DNA of 64,000 bases, taken from Deltaproteobacteria bacterium (GTDB lineage: Bacteria; Myxococcota; Kuafuiibacteriia; Kuafuiibacteriales; Kuafuiibacteriaceae). Location: NCBI GenBank assembly GCA_040218735.1, contig JAVJQW010000019.1, forward strand, positions 376,850-440,849, read 5' to 3'. Within the stretch, counting starts at the first letter, position 1; each line of letters begins with the position of its first letter. Below, in pieces: positions 41,898 to 51,173 of the stretch. A program made the position numbers and the translations under genes. Under the pieces are notes generated by a model. The model saw only the letters and a program-made list of their open reading frames with translations, was not told where the DNA came from and made no database searches.

Positions 41898-42038
41898 GCC
41901 GCCGTCCGCGTCGTCGCCCGCGTCGTCGGAGGCCGTCACCCAGTACGCGAACAGCTGAGGCTCGAAGTTCCGCTCGAACGTGATCGGGTCGTAGACCTCG
42001 ACGAGGCGGGTGTCGGTACGCAGCTCCGAGCGGCTCAT
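41859..42038 (-). CDS. Small hypothetical protein (59 aa)
   Basis: From ATG 42038, MSRSELRTDTRLVEVYDPITFERNFEPQLFAYWVT... has almost all G/C third positions and fills the gltB-glnE gap. Confidence 0.5.
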   Translation of the reverse strand: MSRSELRTDTRLVEVYDPITFERNFEPQLFAYWVTASDDAGDDADGGSARATHDEGLRE

Positions 42039-42199
42039 GGCCGTGAGGTATCGCAAGCACCGGGCCACCGGATCCGGGGCCTCGGCGGCGACGATCGTGT
42101 GCACCCTGCCCCGGCGCGGGTGCATTCGAGGCTCGCGGCCCGGCCGATCGCCCACACCCCCTTGTGAGGCCCTTGGGGGTGTGTTCAACGAGAGCTTCG

Positions 42200-45100
42200 A
42201 TGGACTGGCGAGCGGTGGCCGGGCTCGACGCCGCGTCGCGGAGCGGCGTGGTGCGGGAGCACCTGGAGGCGCAGGGCCTCGCGGAGGCGAGCAAGGTCGC
42301 GCCGGTGTTCGCCGACCTGCTGCGTCTGCCGGTCTTCGAGATCGCGGCGGACCGGGTCGCGGAGGCGCTCGCGAGCGCCGGGAGCCCGCGGCGGGCGATC
42401 CTCGGGCTGTCGGACTGCATCGAGCGGTTGGAGGCGTCGCGCGGGAATGCGTCGCCGATGTTCGTGGATCCGGTGCTCGGGATCGTGGTCGAGCTCTCCG
42501 GCTCCAGCGCGCGCGCGGCGCGGCTGCTGGCGCAGGATCCCGCGCTCGCGATCGAGCTCGGCGCGCGGTTGGAGCAGCACGACCACCCGACGCCGGTCGA
42601 CTTCGACGAAGCGTGTCAGCGCATCGTCGCCAAGTGCGGGCACGACACGGAGGCGTTCGACCGGCGGCTCCGTCGATTCCGCAACCGTCAGCTCCTCCGT
42701 ATCGCGCTCGCGGAGCTGCGTCGCGCGGACGTCCGCGACACGGCCGCGCAGCTCGCGGACCTCGCGTCGTCGGCGATGCAGGCCGCGCTGGATCACCACC
42801 GACCGATCCTCGAGGCGGAGCTCGGCGTCCCCGATCCGCCGTGCGCGTACGTCGTGATCGGCATGGGCAAGCTCGGCGGGCGCGAGCTGAACTTCTCCTC
42901 CGACATCGACGTCATCTACCTGTACGAACACGACGAGGGCGGCGTCGGCGAGCTGTCGATGCACCAGTTCTTCGTGAAGTTGTTCGAGCGCGCGACGGCT
43001 TCGCTCGCGCGCATCACGCAGGAGGGGTTCGTCTTTCGCGTCGACCTCGACCTCCGCCCCGAGGGGCGGCAGGGCCCCCTCGCGAACAGCCTCGCGAGCG
43101 CGGAGCGGTACTACGAGACGTGGGGTCGGAACTGGGAGCGTGCGGCGTGGATCAAGGCGCGTCCGATCGCGGGGGACCCGGCGCTCGGTGAGCGTGTGCA
43201 GGCGATGATGCGGCCGTTCGTCTATCGCAAGAGCCTCGACCTGTCGGCGATCGAGGACATCGTCGCGATGAAGACGAAGATCGATGCGGCGCGGAAGAAG
43301 GCGGCGTTCAAGAACCGTCACCGCGGGCGAGACCTCAAGCTCGGGCGAGGGGGCATCCGCGAGATCGAGTTCTACGTGCAAGCGCATCAGCTCCTGCACG
43401 GCGGTCGCACGCCGGGGCTGCGGTTGCAGAACACCCTCGAGGCGCTGCATCGGCTGGAGGCGAGCGGCCTCGTGAGCGCGCAGAAGCGGGAGCTGCTCGC
43501 GAACGCGTACTTGTTCCTGCGCACCGTCGAGCACCGCGTGCAGATCGTCGAGGAGCAGCAGACCCACCGCGTCCCGGCTGCGGCGGAGGACCAGCTCCCG
43601 ATCGCGCGCTCGTTGGAGCTGCCGGACGGTGAGGCGTTGGAGCGCGCGCTCGCGCGACACATGGAGAACGTGCACGACACGTTCACCACGTTGCTCGGCG
43701 AGGAGCGCGAGGAGGATCCGATCCCCACCGAGATCGACTTCGTGCTCGACGACTCGCAGGGCGAAGACGAGCGCGTGGCTTCGCTCGCGGCGATCGGTTG
43801 CGTCGAGCCGCACGCCGCGCTCGCGAACCTGTCGTCGGCGGCGCGACCGATGCGGAGCCCGTTCCACCCGCGCGCGTCGACGCAGGACACCGAGGTCGCG
43901 CGACGTCTGCTGTTCGAGTGTTGGAAGAGCCCGAGCGTAGATCGCGCGATGCGGCATCTTCCGGAGCTGATGCGGTCGATCTCCAACCACGGGTCGTACC
44001 GGGCGCAGCTCGAACGTCCGGTCATCGCGCGGGGTGTGGCGCGGGTGCTGGGGACGAGTGATCTGCTCGCGCGCATCCTCGTCGCGAACCCGGCGCTGCT
44101 CGGGCGGGTGCTCACGGTGTCGTTGCCGGCCGGGGACAACAACGCGCTCGCGGCGATGCTCGACGTGCGGCTCGCCGCGGCGGCGGAGGACGATATCGAG
44201 GATCGCCTGTCCGTGCTCCGGGCGATGAAACACGAGGAGCTCCTGAGGACGGCGATCGCGGACCTCGCGGGGGTCGTCGGGCCCGCGCAGGCGCCGGCGC
44301 GGTTGACGCGGCTCGCGGAGGTGCTGATCGCGGCCGCGCTGGACGTCGCGATCGCGGAGATGAGCCGGCGCTTCGGGCCGCCCGAGCGCGACGACACGAA
44401 GCTCGCCGTGATCGCGGGGGGCACGCTCGGCGCGCGTGAGCTGGGGTACCTGTCGGACGTCGACCTCTCCGTGATCTTCGAGGGCACCGGAAAGACGACC
44501 GGCGGACAGCGCAGCGCGATCACGATCGGCGAGTTCTACACGCGCGTCGTCCAGCGGTTGCTCGCGTTCCTCTCGATGCGGATGCACGACGGCAGCCTCT
44601 ACCCCGTCGACATGCGGCTGCGGCCGAGCGGCGCGCAGGGGGCGCTGGTCGTGAGCTTCGAGAACTTCGAGCGTTACCACCACCGCGCGGCGCAGCTGTG
44701 GGAGCGGCAAGCGCTCCTGCGTTCGCGGACGATCGCGGGGGACGTCGAGCTACGCGCGAAGGTCGACGCGACGTTGAGCGCGGTCGCCTACGACGAGCCG
44801 GTGCCGGACGACGCCGGCGCACGGATCCACGAGATGCGCCAGCGCATGACGCGGGAGCGGAAGTCGCGTCGCAAGAGCCTCGAGCGTCCGTTGGATCTCA
44901 AACTCGGCGACGGCGGCATCGTCGATCTCGAGTTCGTCGTGCAGCACCTCCAGCTCGCGCACGGTCGCGAACACCAGGCGGTTCGGACGACGTCGACACG
45001 CGCTGCGATCGCTGCGCTGGGCGCGGCGGGGGTGTTCTCGGAGCGTCGCGTCGAGCAGTTGATCGAAGCCCACGATCGACTGCGGCGCGTGCAAGCCTGG

Positions 45101-45289
45101 TTGCGCGTGATGCACGACGAGATCATCGACACCGTGGACCTCGCGCGTCTGCGCCCGCTGGCGTTGGCGGTGGGGTACGAAGGCGAGGACGCCGCGCACT
45201 TGCTGGAGCGCGCGCTCGCGCGGGACGCGGCGGTGATCCGCGAGACGTACGCGTCGGTGCTCTACGCCGCGGACGCGTCGCGGTTGTAG
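42200..45289 (+). CDS. glnE: Bifunctional glutamine synthetase adenylyltransferase/adenylyl-removing enzyme
   Basis: Two nucleotidyltransferase modules: GMGKLGGRELNFSSDID...FRVDLDLRPEG...WERAA and GTLGARELGYLSDVD...VDMRLRPSG...WERQAL; LKLG.GGI..EF. Confidence 0.96.
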   Translation: MDWRAVAGLDAASRSGVVREHLEAQGLAEASKVAPVFADLLRLPVFEIAADRVAEALASAGSPRRAILGLSDCIERLEASRGNASPMFVDPVLGIVVELSGSSARAARLLAQDPALAIELGARLEQHDHPTPVDFDEACQRIVAKCGHDTEAFDRRLRRFRNRQLLRIALAELRRADVRDTAAQLADLASSAMQAALDHHRPILEAELGVPDPPCAYVVIGMGKLGGRELNFSSDIDVIYLYEHDEGGVGELSMHQFFVKLFERATASLARITQEGFVFRVDLDLRPEGRQGPLANSLASAERYYETWGRNWERAAWIKARPIAGDPALGERVQAMMRPFVYRKSLDLSAIEDIVAMKTKIDAARKKAAFKNRHRGRDLKLGRGGIREIEFYVQAHQLLHGGRTPGLRLQNTLEALHRLEASGLVSAQKRELLANAYLFLRTVEHRVQIVEEQQTHRVPAAAEDQLPIARSLELPDGEALERALARHMENVHDTFTTLLGEEREEDPIPTEIDFVLDDSQGEDERVASLAAIGCVEPHAALANLSSAARPMRSPFHPRASTQDTEVARRLLFECWKSPSVDRAMRHLPELMRSISNHGSYRAQLERPVIARGVARVLGTSDLLARILVANPALLGRVLTVSLPAGDNNALAAMLDVRLAAAAEDDIEDRLSVLRAMKHEELLRTAIADLAGVVGPAQAPARLTRLAEVLIAAALDVAIAEMSRRFGPPERDDTKLAVIAGGTLGARELGYLSDVDLSVIFEGTGKTTGGQRSAITIGEFYTRVVQRLLAFLSMRMHDGSLYPVDMRLRPSGAQGALVVSFENFERYHHRAAQLWERQALLRSRTIAGDVELRAKVDATLSAVAYDEPVPDDAGARIHEMRQRMTRERKSRRKSLERPLDLKLGDGGIVDLEFVVQHLQLAHGREHQAVRTTSTRAAIAALGAAGVFSERRVEQLIEAHDRLRRVQAWLRVMHDEIIDTVDLARLRPLALAVGYEGEDAAHLLERALARDAAVIRETYASVLYAADASRL

Positions 45290-46740
45290 AGCGCCTGCCA
45301 GGTCTCGACCGTCCGGCGGAGCTCCATCCAGAAGGGGTCCTTGGCGAGCGCCTCTTTGCCGAGTGTGAGCGCTTCGTCGAACGCACGCGAACGTCGCATC
45401 TCGAACGCGCGTCGCAGGAGCTGCTGAGACTGCTCGACCTGACGCGGGTGGCTGATCCGCCACGCGCGCCGGAGCATCGCGACGCTCGGGCCGGTGCGAT
45501 CCGCGGCGGCTTTGAGGCGCTTGTCGGCGAAGACGTGTCCGTTCGCGAAGTCGTACTGGAGGCGGCGCTCGGGCGACGCGAGCGTCTCGACGACCTGCGC
45601 GAGGCACTTGCGCGCCGGGGTGAGGCGGGCCGCTTGTGGCGGTGACAGGTCGCTCGTGACGCCGCTCAGGCGGGACTGGATCTCGCCGAGCTTCGCGTCG
45701 ACCTCGGATTGGAGGGCTTCCGGCGCCAGCTCGATCGCGCTGTAGAGATCGTTCTTCTCGACACGGAGGATCAGGCGCTTGGAGGCGGCGAGCGCGATGT
45801 CGACGCGCGATGTGTCGACCACGTCGCCGTCGGTGGCGTTGAGGATCGGGCGGGCGCCGTCGAGGTAGTCGCGGACGCGCCGTTCGATGGCGGGGTCGAT
45901 GTCCACGACCTGCAGCCCGGCGCCGCTCGGTGATCCGAACTGGGCCGCCATGGCCGGATCGACGACGTGCACGACGGTCGCAGAGAGCGTCAGCACGCCG
46001 TCGGGCGTCGCGACCTCGACGGACAGCCGCTGACCGAAGTCGGGCGGGACGTCCGTCGGCACGAAGACGCCGGTCTTCGTGAGGTCGCAGTCCCAGAAGC
46101 GCTCCAGCGCGTCACGATCGTCGAGCACGACCTGCACGACGCCGTCGATCAGCCGGACATCGGGCGGCGTGGGCGCCGGGGTGGAGGGCGCCGGTGCGAG
46201 CGCGGACTCCGACGGGAGGGGCGCGACGTCCGTGGGGCGGGGGGCGTCCTCGAGGCCGGCGGCGAAGTCGAGCAGCGGCGCCGCGCCGTCGAGGTCGGGC
46301 AGTTGAAGCTCCTCCTCCAGCGCGAGCTCGAGGTCCTCGGAGGCGGGGTGGGCGCCCAAGAGCTCCGCGTCGTCGGTGGGGTCGATGAGGTCTTCGAGGC
46401 GGAGGTTCCCGGCGAGGGTCTGGGTCTTCGTCCCCGTGACGAAGAGCGGTTCAGCGTTCTCGAGGCCGGTCTCGCCGACCCGGACGCGGGTGCCTGGCTC
46501 GATTTGAAACGGCCCGGTCAGGCGCGTGCCCTGGTGCCACGTGCCGTTGCGGCTGCCGAGGTCCTCGATCCACAGGCGGCCCCCTTCGACCCACACCCGG
46601 GCGTGGCGCCGGGAGATCTTGGGGTCCCAGTTCAGCTCGACGCCGGTCGAGCCGCCGCGACGGCCGAGGACGACCTGGCCGCCGTCGGAGAGCGGAAATG
46701 CGATCTCACCGACCGTGGGATGGGATAGGCGCAGCTTCAC
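45262..46740 (-). CDS. FHA + PilZ-like + degenerate J-domain + TPR protein
   Basis: LGR...ISRRHARV...EDLGSRNGT (FHA); DLTKTGVFVPT..PP..GQRL.VEV (myxobacterial PilZ-like); DLYSAIEL...TLASPERRLQYD (J-like, no HPD); C-terminal TPR. Confidence 0.82.
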   Translation of the reverse strand: MKLRLSHPTVGEIAFPLSDGGQVVLGRRGGSTGVELNWDPKISRRHARVWVEGGRLWIEDLGSRNGTWHQGTRLTGPFQIEPGTRVRVGETGLENAEPLFVTGTKTQTLAGNLRLEDLIDPTDDAELLGAHPASEDLELALEEELQLPDLDGAAPLLDFAAGLEDAPRPTDVAPLPSESALAPAPSTPAPTPPDVRLIDGVVQVVLDDRDALERFWDCDLTKTGVFVPTDVPPDFGQRLSVEVATPDGVLTLSATVVHVVDPAMAAQFGSPSGAGLQVVDIDPAIERRVRDYLDGARPILNATDGDVVDTSRVDIALAASKRLILRVEKNDLYSAIELAPEALQSEVDAKLGEIQSRLSGVTSDLSPPQAARLTPARKCLAQVVETLASPERRLQYDFANGHVFADKRLKAAADRTGPSVAMLRRAWRISHPRQVEQSQQLLRRAFEMRRSRAFDEALTLGKEALAKDPFWMELRRTVETWQALYNRDASAA

Positions 46741-46824
46741 CTTCGTTGATGGTCATCGGTCGCTTGGCCCGCGCTTTGACCCCGACGGGGCGCTGTTTTT
46801 CGTGTTAACGAGATCGGCGGGCCC

Positions 46825-49800
46825 GTGACGAAGACGATCCTGGTCATCGAGGACGACGCATCGATCGCCACGATGCTCGAAGACGTGCTCTCGGGCGCCG
46901 GCTTCGAGGTCCTCCGCGAGGCGGACGGCGAGTGGGGGCTGCGCACCTTCGAGGCGCAGCGCCCCGACATCGTCATCACGGACGTCCTCCTCCCGAAGCT
47001 CCAGGGGTTCGACCTCATCCCGAAGATCCGCGCGGTCGCGCCGCACGTCCCGATCATCGTGACGAGCGGGGTGTTCCGCGGGCGCACCTACGCCGACGAC
47101 ATGAAGGCGCGGTTTGCGATCCGCGCGTACTTCGACAAACCGCTGGACGTCGACGCGCTGCTCGAGGCGGTGCGGACGTCGGACGAGGCGCCGCCGGTGC
47201 CGCGGCTGGCGGATCCCAAGACGGACGAGCCGCCGCTGCTGCCGCTGGAGCTCAAGGGCGACGTCGCGGACGTGTCGTTCGGTCGACTCGTCGGTGGGTT
47301 GTTCGCGCGACGTGCGACGGGGGCGTTGATGCTCCGGCGGTCGTCGGTGAAGAAGATCGTCTACTTCGTCGAGGGGGTGCCGGTCTTCGTGAAGTCGAAC
47401 CTGTTGTCGGAGTGCCTCGGGCGCGTGATGGTTTCGGAGCGGCTCATCACGCAGGACGAGTGCGACCGGTCGCTGATGGAGAAGAAGCGCCAGACCGGGA
47501 AGAGGCAGGGCGAGATCCTGGTCGAGATGGGGAGCATCTCGCAGCACAACCTGGAGTTCGCGCTCGAGCTACAGCTGCAGACGAAGCTGTTCGACATCTT
47601 CGGGTGGCGCGACGGGCGCTACCAGTTCAACCCGTCGACGGAGCCGGGCGGCGCGCGCATCCCGCTGTCGATGGGCCCCACGACGCTGATCCACGAGGGC
47701 GCCAGCCGCGAGATGACACCGGAGCGCGTGCTGGCCGACCTCGCCGCGTTCATGCCGTGCCCGGTCTCGGTGTCGCGCGAGCGGAGCTTTCGGTACCAGG
47801 CGCTCCAGCTCGACCCGCGCGCGGAGCGGATGATCGATCGCATCGACGGCACCCGGACGCTACACGAGGCCCTCGCCGACGCCGACTTCCGCAAGAGCGA
47901 CGCCGCCGTGGTGCTGTACGCGCTGGTCGCGACGGGCCTGCTCCGGATCGCGCTGCCGACGGTCGCCGAGGGGGGAATGGAGGTCGAGGCGCTGTCGACC
48001 GCCGAGATCGACGCCATCGTCTCGCGCGCGAAGCCGCCGCCGGCCCCGCCCAAGTCGATCGCCTCGACGGAGGTCTCGCCGCCGCCCGAACGCCCGGCCG
48101 GGCGCAACCTCGAACCGAGCGGCCTAGTGCGCCGCGCCGACGTGCCGGTGGACCCGAGCCTCCGGGCGACGGTGGACGCGGTGACGGCGCCGGGGGAAGC
48201 GGAGGGGCGGTCGGGATCGGGATCGGTCGCGGGATCGGGATCGGTCGCGGGATCGGACTCGGACTCGGAGTCGGTCGCGGGATCGGACTCGGACTCGGAG
48301 TCGGTCGCGGGTTCGGACTCGGTCACGGGTTCGGACTCGGTCACGGGTTCGGACTCGGTCGCGGGTTCGGACTCGGTCACGGGTTCGGACTCGGTCACGG
48401 GTTCGGACTCGATCTCGGTCTCGGGCTCCGACTCGGTCTCGGGCTCCGACTCGGTCTCGGGCTCCGACTCGGTCTCGGGCTCCGACTCGGTCCCGAGCTC
48501 GAAGCAGGCCTCGGCGTCGGATGCGGGCTCGGCTTCCGCCTCGAGTCGGGCTTCGGGCGAGGGCTCGGCTTCGAACGCGCCCTCGGCTTCCGCCGCGAGT
48601 AGGGCTTCGGATGCGGGCTCGGCTTCGGGCGCGGACGCGGTGACGACGCCGGGTGACGCCGAGGCGCGGGGCGCGGGAGAGGCGTCGGACGCGGGCGTGG
48701 ATTCGGTCTCGGGCTCGGGCTCGGACGTCGCCTCGGGTTCGGATGCGGGCTCGGCTTCGGACGCGTACTCGGCTTCCCCCTCGAATCGGGCGCTGGCTTC
48801 GGCTTCTGGCTCGGGTTCGGACGCGTACTCGGCTTCCGCCTCGGATTCGGGATCGCCGTCCGCCTCGGGCTCGGACACTTACTCAGCGTTGGCCTCGGAT
48901 TCGGGTGCGGACTCGGATTCGGGCTCGGACATCGCCTCCGCTTCGGATTCGGCAGCGGGCTCCGACGGTTTGGGCCAGGGCTCGGGCTCCGAGGGTTCGG
49001 GCAAGGGCTGGGGCACGGGCTTGGGCGAGGGGGGCGCGGAGGCGCCCGACGCCTGGAGTGCCGCGATCGACGCGCCCCGCGCGCGCCCTGCGCTGGGGCG
49101 GTCGGCGCCGCTCCCGATCCCCGAGCCGGCGGACGACGAGGACCTGCGGGTCACCGACGACCAGGAGGCGCCGCGTCCGATCACCGCGCGGCGGACGTTG
49201 CCGCGGAGCTCCTCGCTGCCGCGTGCGGGGCGGTGGCGGCAGACCGAAGAGATCCCCGCGGCCGAGCAGCCTTCGGTGGCGCCGCCGATGTCCGACGACG
49301 TGCGGCGCAAGGTGCGGGAGCGCCTCGACGCGCAGATGCTCCGGTTGGCGGAGTCGAAGAAGCTCCCCGTGCGTCGCCCGGCGCCGCGCCGGATGGCGAA
49401 GCCCGAGAATCAGATCGACCTCGAGGCGGAGCGTCGGCGCACCGAGCAGGAGCTCGCGCTGCGGTACGAGCAGATGCAGAAGCAGACCTGGTACGAGCTG
49501 CTCCGCGTGCCGACCGACGCCTCCGTCGGCGCCATCCGCGACGCCTACAAACACACCGCGAAGCGCCTCGATCCGAACCGCGCCACCGTCGGCTCCGACT
49601 CCCACGCCGCCCGGATGCTCGCGGAGAAGATCTACCTGCTCGCGACGCGCGCGCTCACCACGCTCACCAACTCCGAGGCGCGCCTCGAGTACGATCGTCG
49701 CCTCGGCATCGACGATGGCCCGCGCATCGCGGCGCACTTCGTCGCCGACGAAGCCTTCGAGCGCGGCAAGCGCGCGCTCGCGGTGGACGCGCTCGAAGAC

Positions 49801-50148
49801 GCCGCCAACGCGTTCCACGATGCGTACGGCCAGTGCCCCGACGAGCCGCTCTACATCGCTTACCTCGCGTGGGTTCGGTACGCGCTGCGGCCGGACGACG
49901 CCGAGGTCCGCGAGCAGACGATCGAGGTCCTCAGCCGCGTGCTCCAGGATGCCCCACACGCGGAGGACGTCCTCGCGTTCCTCGGCGACGTCGCGCGCAA
50001 ACACGGCGACAAGCCGAACGCCACGGCGGCGTATCAGCGCCTCTTGGCGCTGGACCCCGATCACCCGGAGGCGTTGGCGGCGATGCGTGCGTTGAGTCCG
50101 CCGCCCGTGAAGAAGGGCGGCCTGCTGTCGCGTTACTTCGCGGGCTGA
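46825..50148 (+). CDS. Response regulator + DUF4388-like + Ser/Asp-rich linker + J-like domain + TPR
   Basis: ILVIEDD, ITDVLLP, FDKP receiver; LKGDV....F.RL...TGAL....KKIVYF..G.PVFVKSN...E.LG; WYELLRVP.DAS...IRDAYK..AKRLDPN; TPRs ending LALDPDHPEA. Confidence 0.85.
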   Translation: MTKTILVIEDDASIATMLEDVLSGAGFEVLREADGEWGLRTFEAQRPDIVITDVLLPKLQGFDLIPKIRAVAPHVPIIVTSGVFRGRTYADDMKARFAIRAYFDKPLDVDALLEAVRTSDEAPPVPRLADPKTDEPPLLPLELKGDVADVSFGRLVGGLFARRATGALMLRRSSVKKIVYFVEGVPVFVKSNLLSECLGRVMVSERLITQDECDRSLMEKKRQTGKRQGEILVEMGSISQHNLEFALELQLQTKLFDIFGWRDGRYQFNPSTEPGGARIPLSMGPTTLIHEGASREMTPERVLADLAAFMPCPVSVSRERSFRYQALQLDPRAERMIDRIDGTRTLHEALADADFRKSDAAVVLYALVATGLLRIALPTVAEGGMEVEALSTAEIDAIVSRAKPPPAPPKSIASTEVSPPPERPAGRNLEPSGLVRRADVPVDPSLRATVDAVTAPGEAEGRSGSGSVAGSGSVAGSDSDSESVAGSDSDSESVAGSDSVTGSDSVTGSDSVAGSDSVTGSDSVTGSDSISVSGSDSVSGSDSVSGSDSVSGSDSVPSSKQASASDAGSASASSRASGEGSASNAPSASAASRASDAGSASGADAVTTPGDAEARGAGEASDAGVDSVSGSGSDVASGSDAGSASDAYSASPSNRALASASGSGSDAYSASASDSGSPSASGSDTYSALASDSGADSDSGSDIASASDSAAGSDGLGQGSGSEGSGKGWGTGLGEGGAEAPDAWSAAIDAPRARPALGRSAPLPIPEPADDEDLRVTDDQEAPRPITARRTLPRSSSLPRAGRWRQTEEIPAAEQPSVAPPMSDDVRRKVRERLDAQMLRLAESKKLPVRRPAPRRMAKPENQIDLEAERRRTEQELALRYEQMQKQTWYELLRVPTDASVGAIRDAYKHTAKRLDPNRATVGSDSHAARMLAEKIYLLATRALTTLTNSEARLEYDRRLGIDDGPRIAAHFVADEAFERGKRALAVDALEDAANAFHDAYGQCPDEPLYIAYLAWVRYALRPDDAEVREQTIEVLSRVLQDAPHAEDVLAFLGDVARKHGDKPNATAAYQRLLALDPDHPEALAAMRALSPPPVKKGGLLSRYFAG
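48211..48492 (+). repeat. Coding tandem-repeat array (18-bp and 30-bp units encoding GSDSV(T/A/S), GSDSDSESVA)
   Basis: Two 30-bp units at 48241-48300; about six ggttcggactcggtc(a/g)cg units; about four ggctccgactcggtctcg units. Confidence 0.9.
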
Positions 50149-50528
50149 GCCGAGGTGTCGACCTCGAGCAGCCACTGGCGGATGCGGCGCTCGTCACCGG
50201 GAGCGAACTGCTCGAACGCGGCGCCGACGCGATGTTTGCCGTCGTCCTGCATCTCCTGCCAGACCTGACGGGCGCTGACCTTGAGGATCTCCACCTCTTT
50301 GCCCCGCGGGATGTAGAGCAGGACGCGGAAGCGCTCTTCGTCCTCGAGCGGCTCGTCGAGCTGGAAGCAGATCCCGCTCGGGCTCATGTTGACGCTCTCG
50401 CTGTCGAGGCCCTCCTGGAAACGCTCGACCTCGACGCGGATCTTCACCGGCTTGCGTAGGAAACGCTTGTGGAAGGGATACTTGTCTTTCTTTGACGTGA
50501 TGTCGGCGCCGCCGTCGTTGCTGGCCAT
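50133..50528 (-). CDS. Stand-alone PilZ domain protein
   Basis: KRFLRKPV and NMSPSGICF motifs; ARQVW...GAAFEQ. Confidence 0.85.
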   Translation of the reverse strand: MASNDGGADITSKKDKYPFHKRFLRKPVKIRVEVERFQEGLDSESVNMSPSGICFQLDEPLEDEERFRVLLYIPRGKEVEILKVSARQVWQEMQDDGKHRVGAAFEQFAPGDERRIRQWLLEVDTSAQPAK

Positions 50529-50600
50529 GGAAGGCCGCCATCCTAGTGTCACACACGCCGCCGTCGCAAGCCGGGGGGCGGTCGATTGGTGGCACGCGCC

Positions 50601-51173
50601 TCAGCGCAAAACGAGCTTGCCGACGACGCCGACGATCACCGCCGCCGCGAGGGTGTGCGTGACGAGGTGCAGCAGGCTCGCGCCTTCGCAGTGTAGGCCC
50701 ACACCGACCGCCGCTGCGAGCGCCGCCGCGACCGCCTGAAGGCGGGAAGCACCGCCGAAGCGTCGTCGCGTCGAGCCCAAGACGAGGCGCGTCATGACCA
50801 CGCCGACCACGCCGATCGCGACGATCGTGGTGAAGCAACCCAGCTTCCCCCACGCCGGCCCCTCGGCCTCTTCGAGGTGCAGCGCGGCGAACGTCGGCGA
50901 GACGATCGCGACGAGCGCGAGACCCGCTGCGGCCCACCGTCCGAACCGCAGGTCCGGCGAGAACGACACCACCGCTCCGAACAAGACAAACGCGGCACCG
51001 ACCGCGGCGACGAGGAGATCCTGCGGACCGAGCTGGGACTTGAGGCCCGTACCGAACGCGACCCCGGCCATCACCGCGAACAGGATCGCGAACCACAGGA
51101 GGGCGCGGCGACCGCGCGTGCGCGCTTCGGTCGCGAGCTCGTTCCGAATTTCTCGGGCCGCCTCCATGCTCAC
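50601..51173 (-). CDS. NrsF/DUF1109-like multi-TM anti-sigma factor
   Basis: About six TM segments; conserved-type Cys in KLGCF and GLHC....HL..H; GTGA overlap with the ECF sigma stop. Confidence 0.72.
   Translation of the reverse strand: MSMEAAREIRNELATEARTRGRRALLWFAILFAVMAGVAFGTGLKSQLGPQDLLVAAVGAAFVLFGAVVSFSPDLRFGRWAAAGLALVAIVSPTFAALHLEEAEGPAWGKLGCFTTIVAIGVVGVVMTRLVLGSTRRRFGGASRLQAVAAALAAAVGVGLHCEGASLLHLVTHTLAAAVIVGVVGKLVLR

Noticed and set aside
48211-48492. Regular short repeats resembling a CRISPR array
   Set aside because: Units are contiguous with no unique spacers, are multiples of 3, lie in frame within a CDS, and no cas genes are present.
47619-48878. Minus-strand TESEPE-repeat ORF (419 aa)
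   Set aside because: Antisense translation of the Ser/Asp repeat; the plus strand has recognisable domains on both sides.
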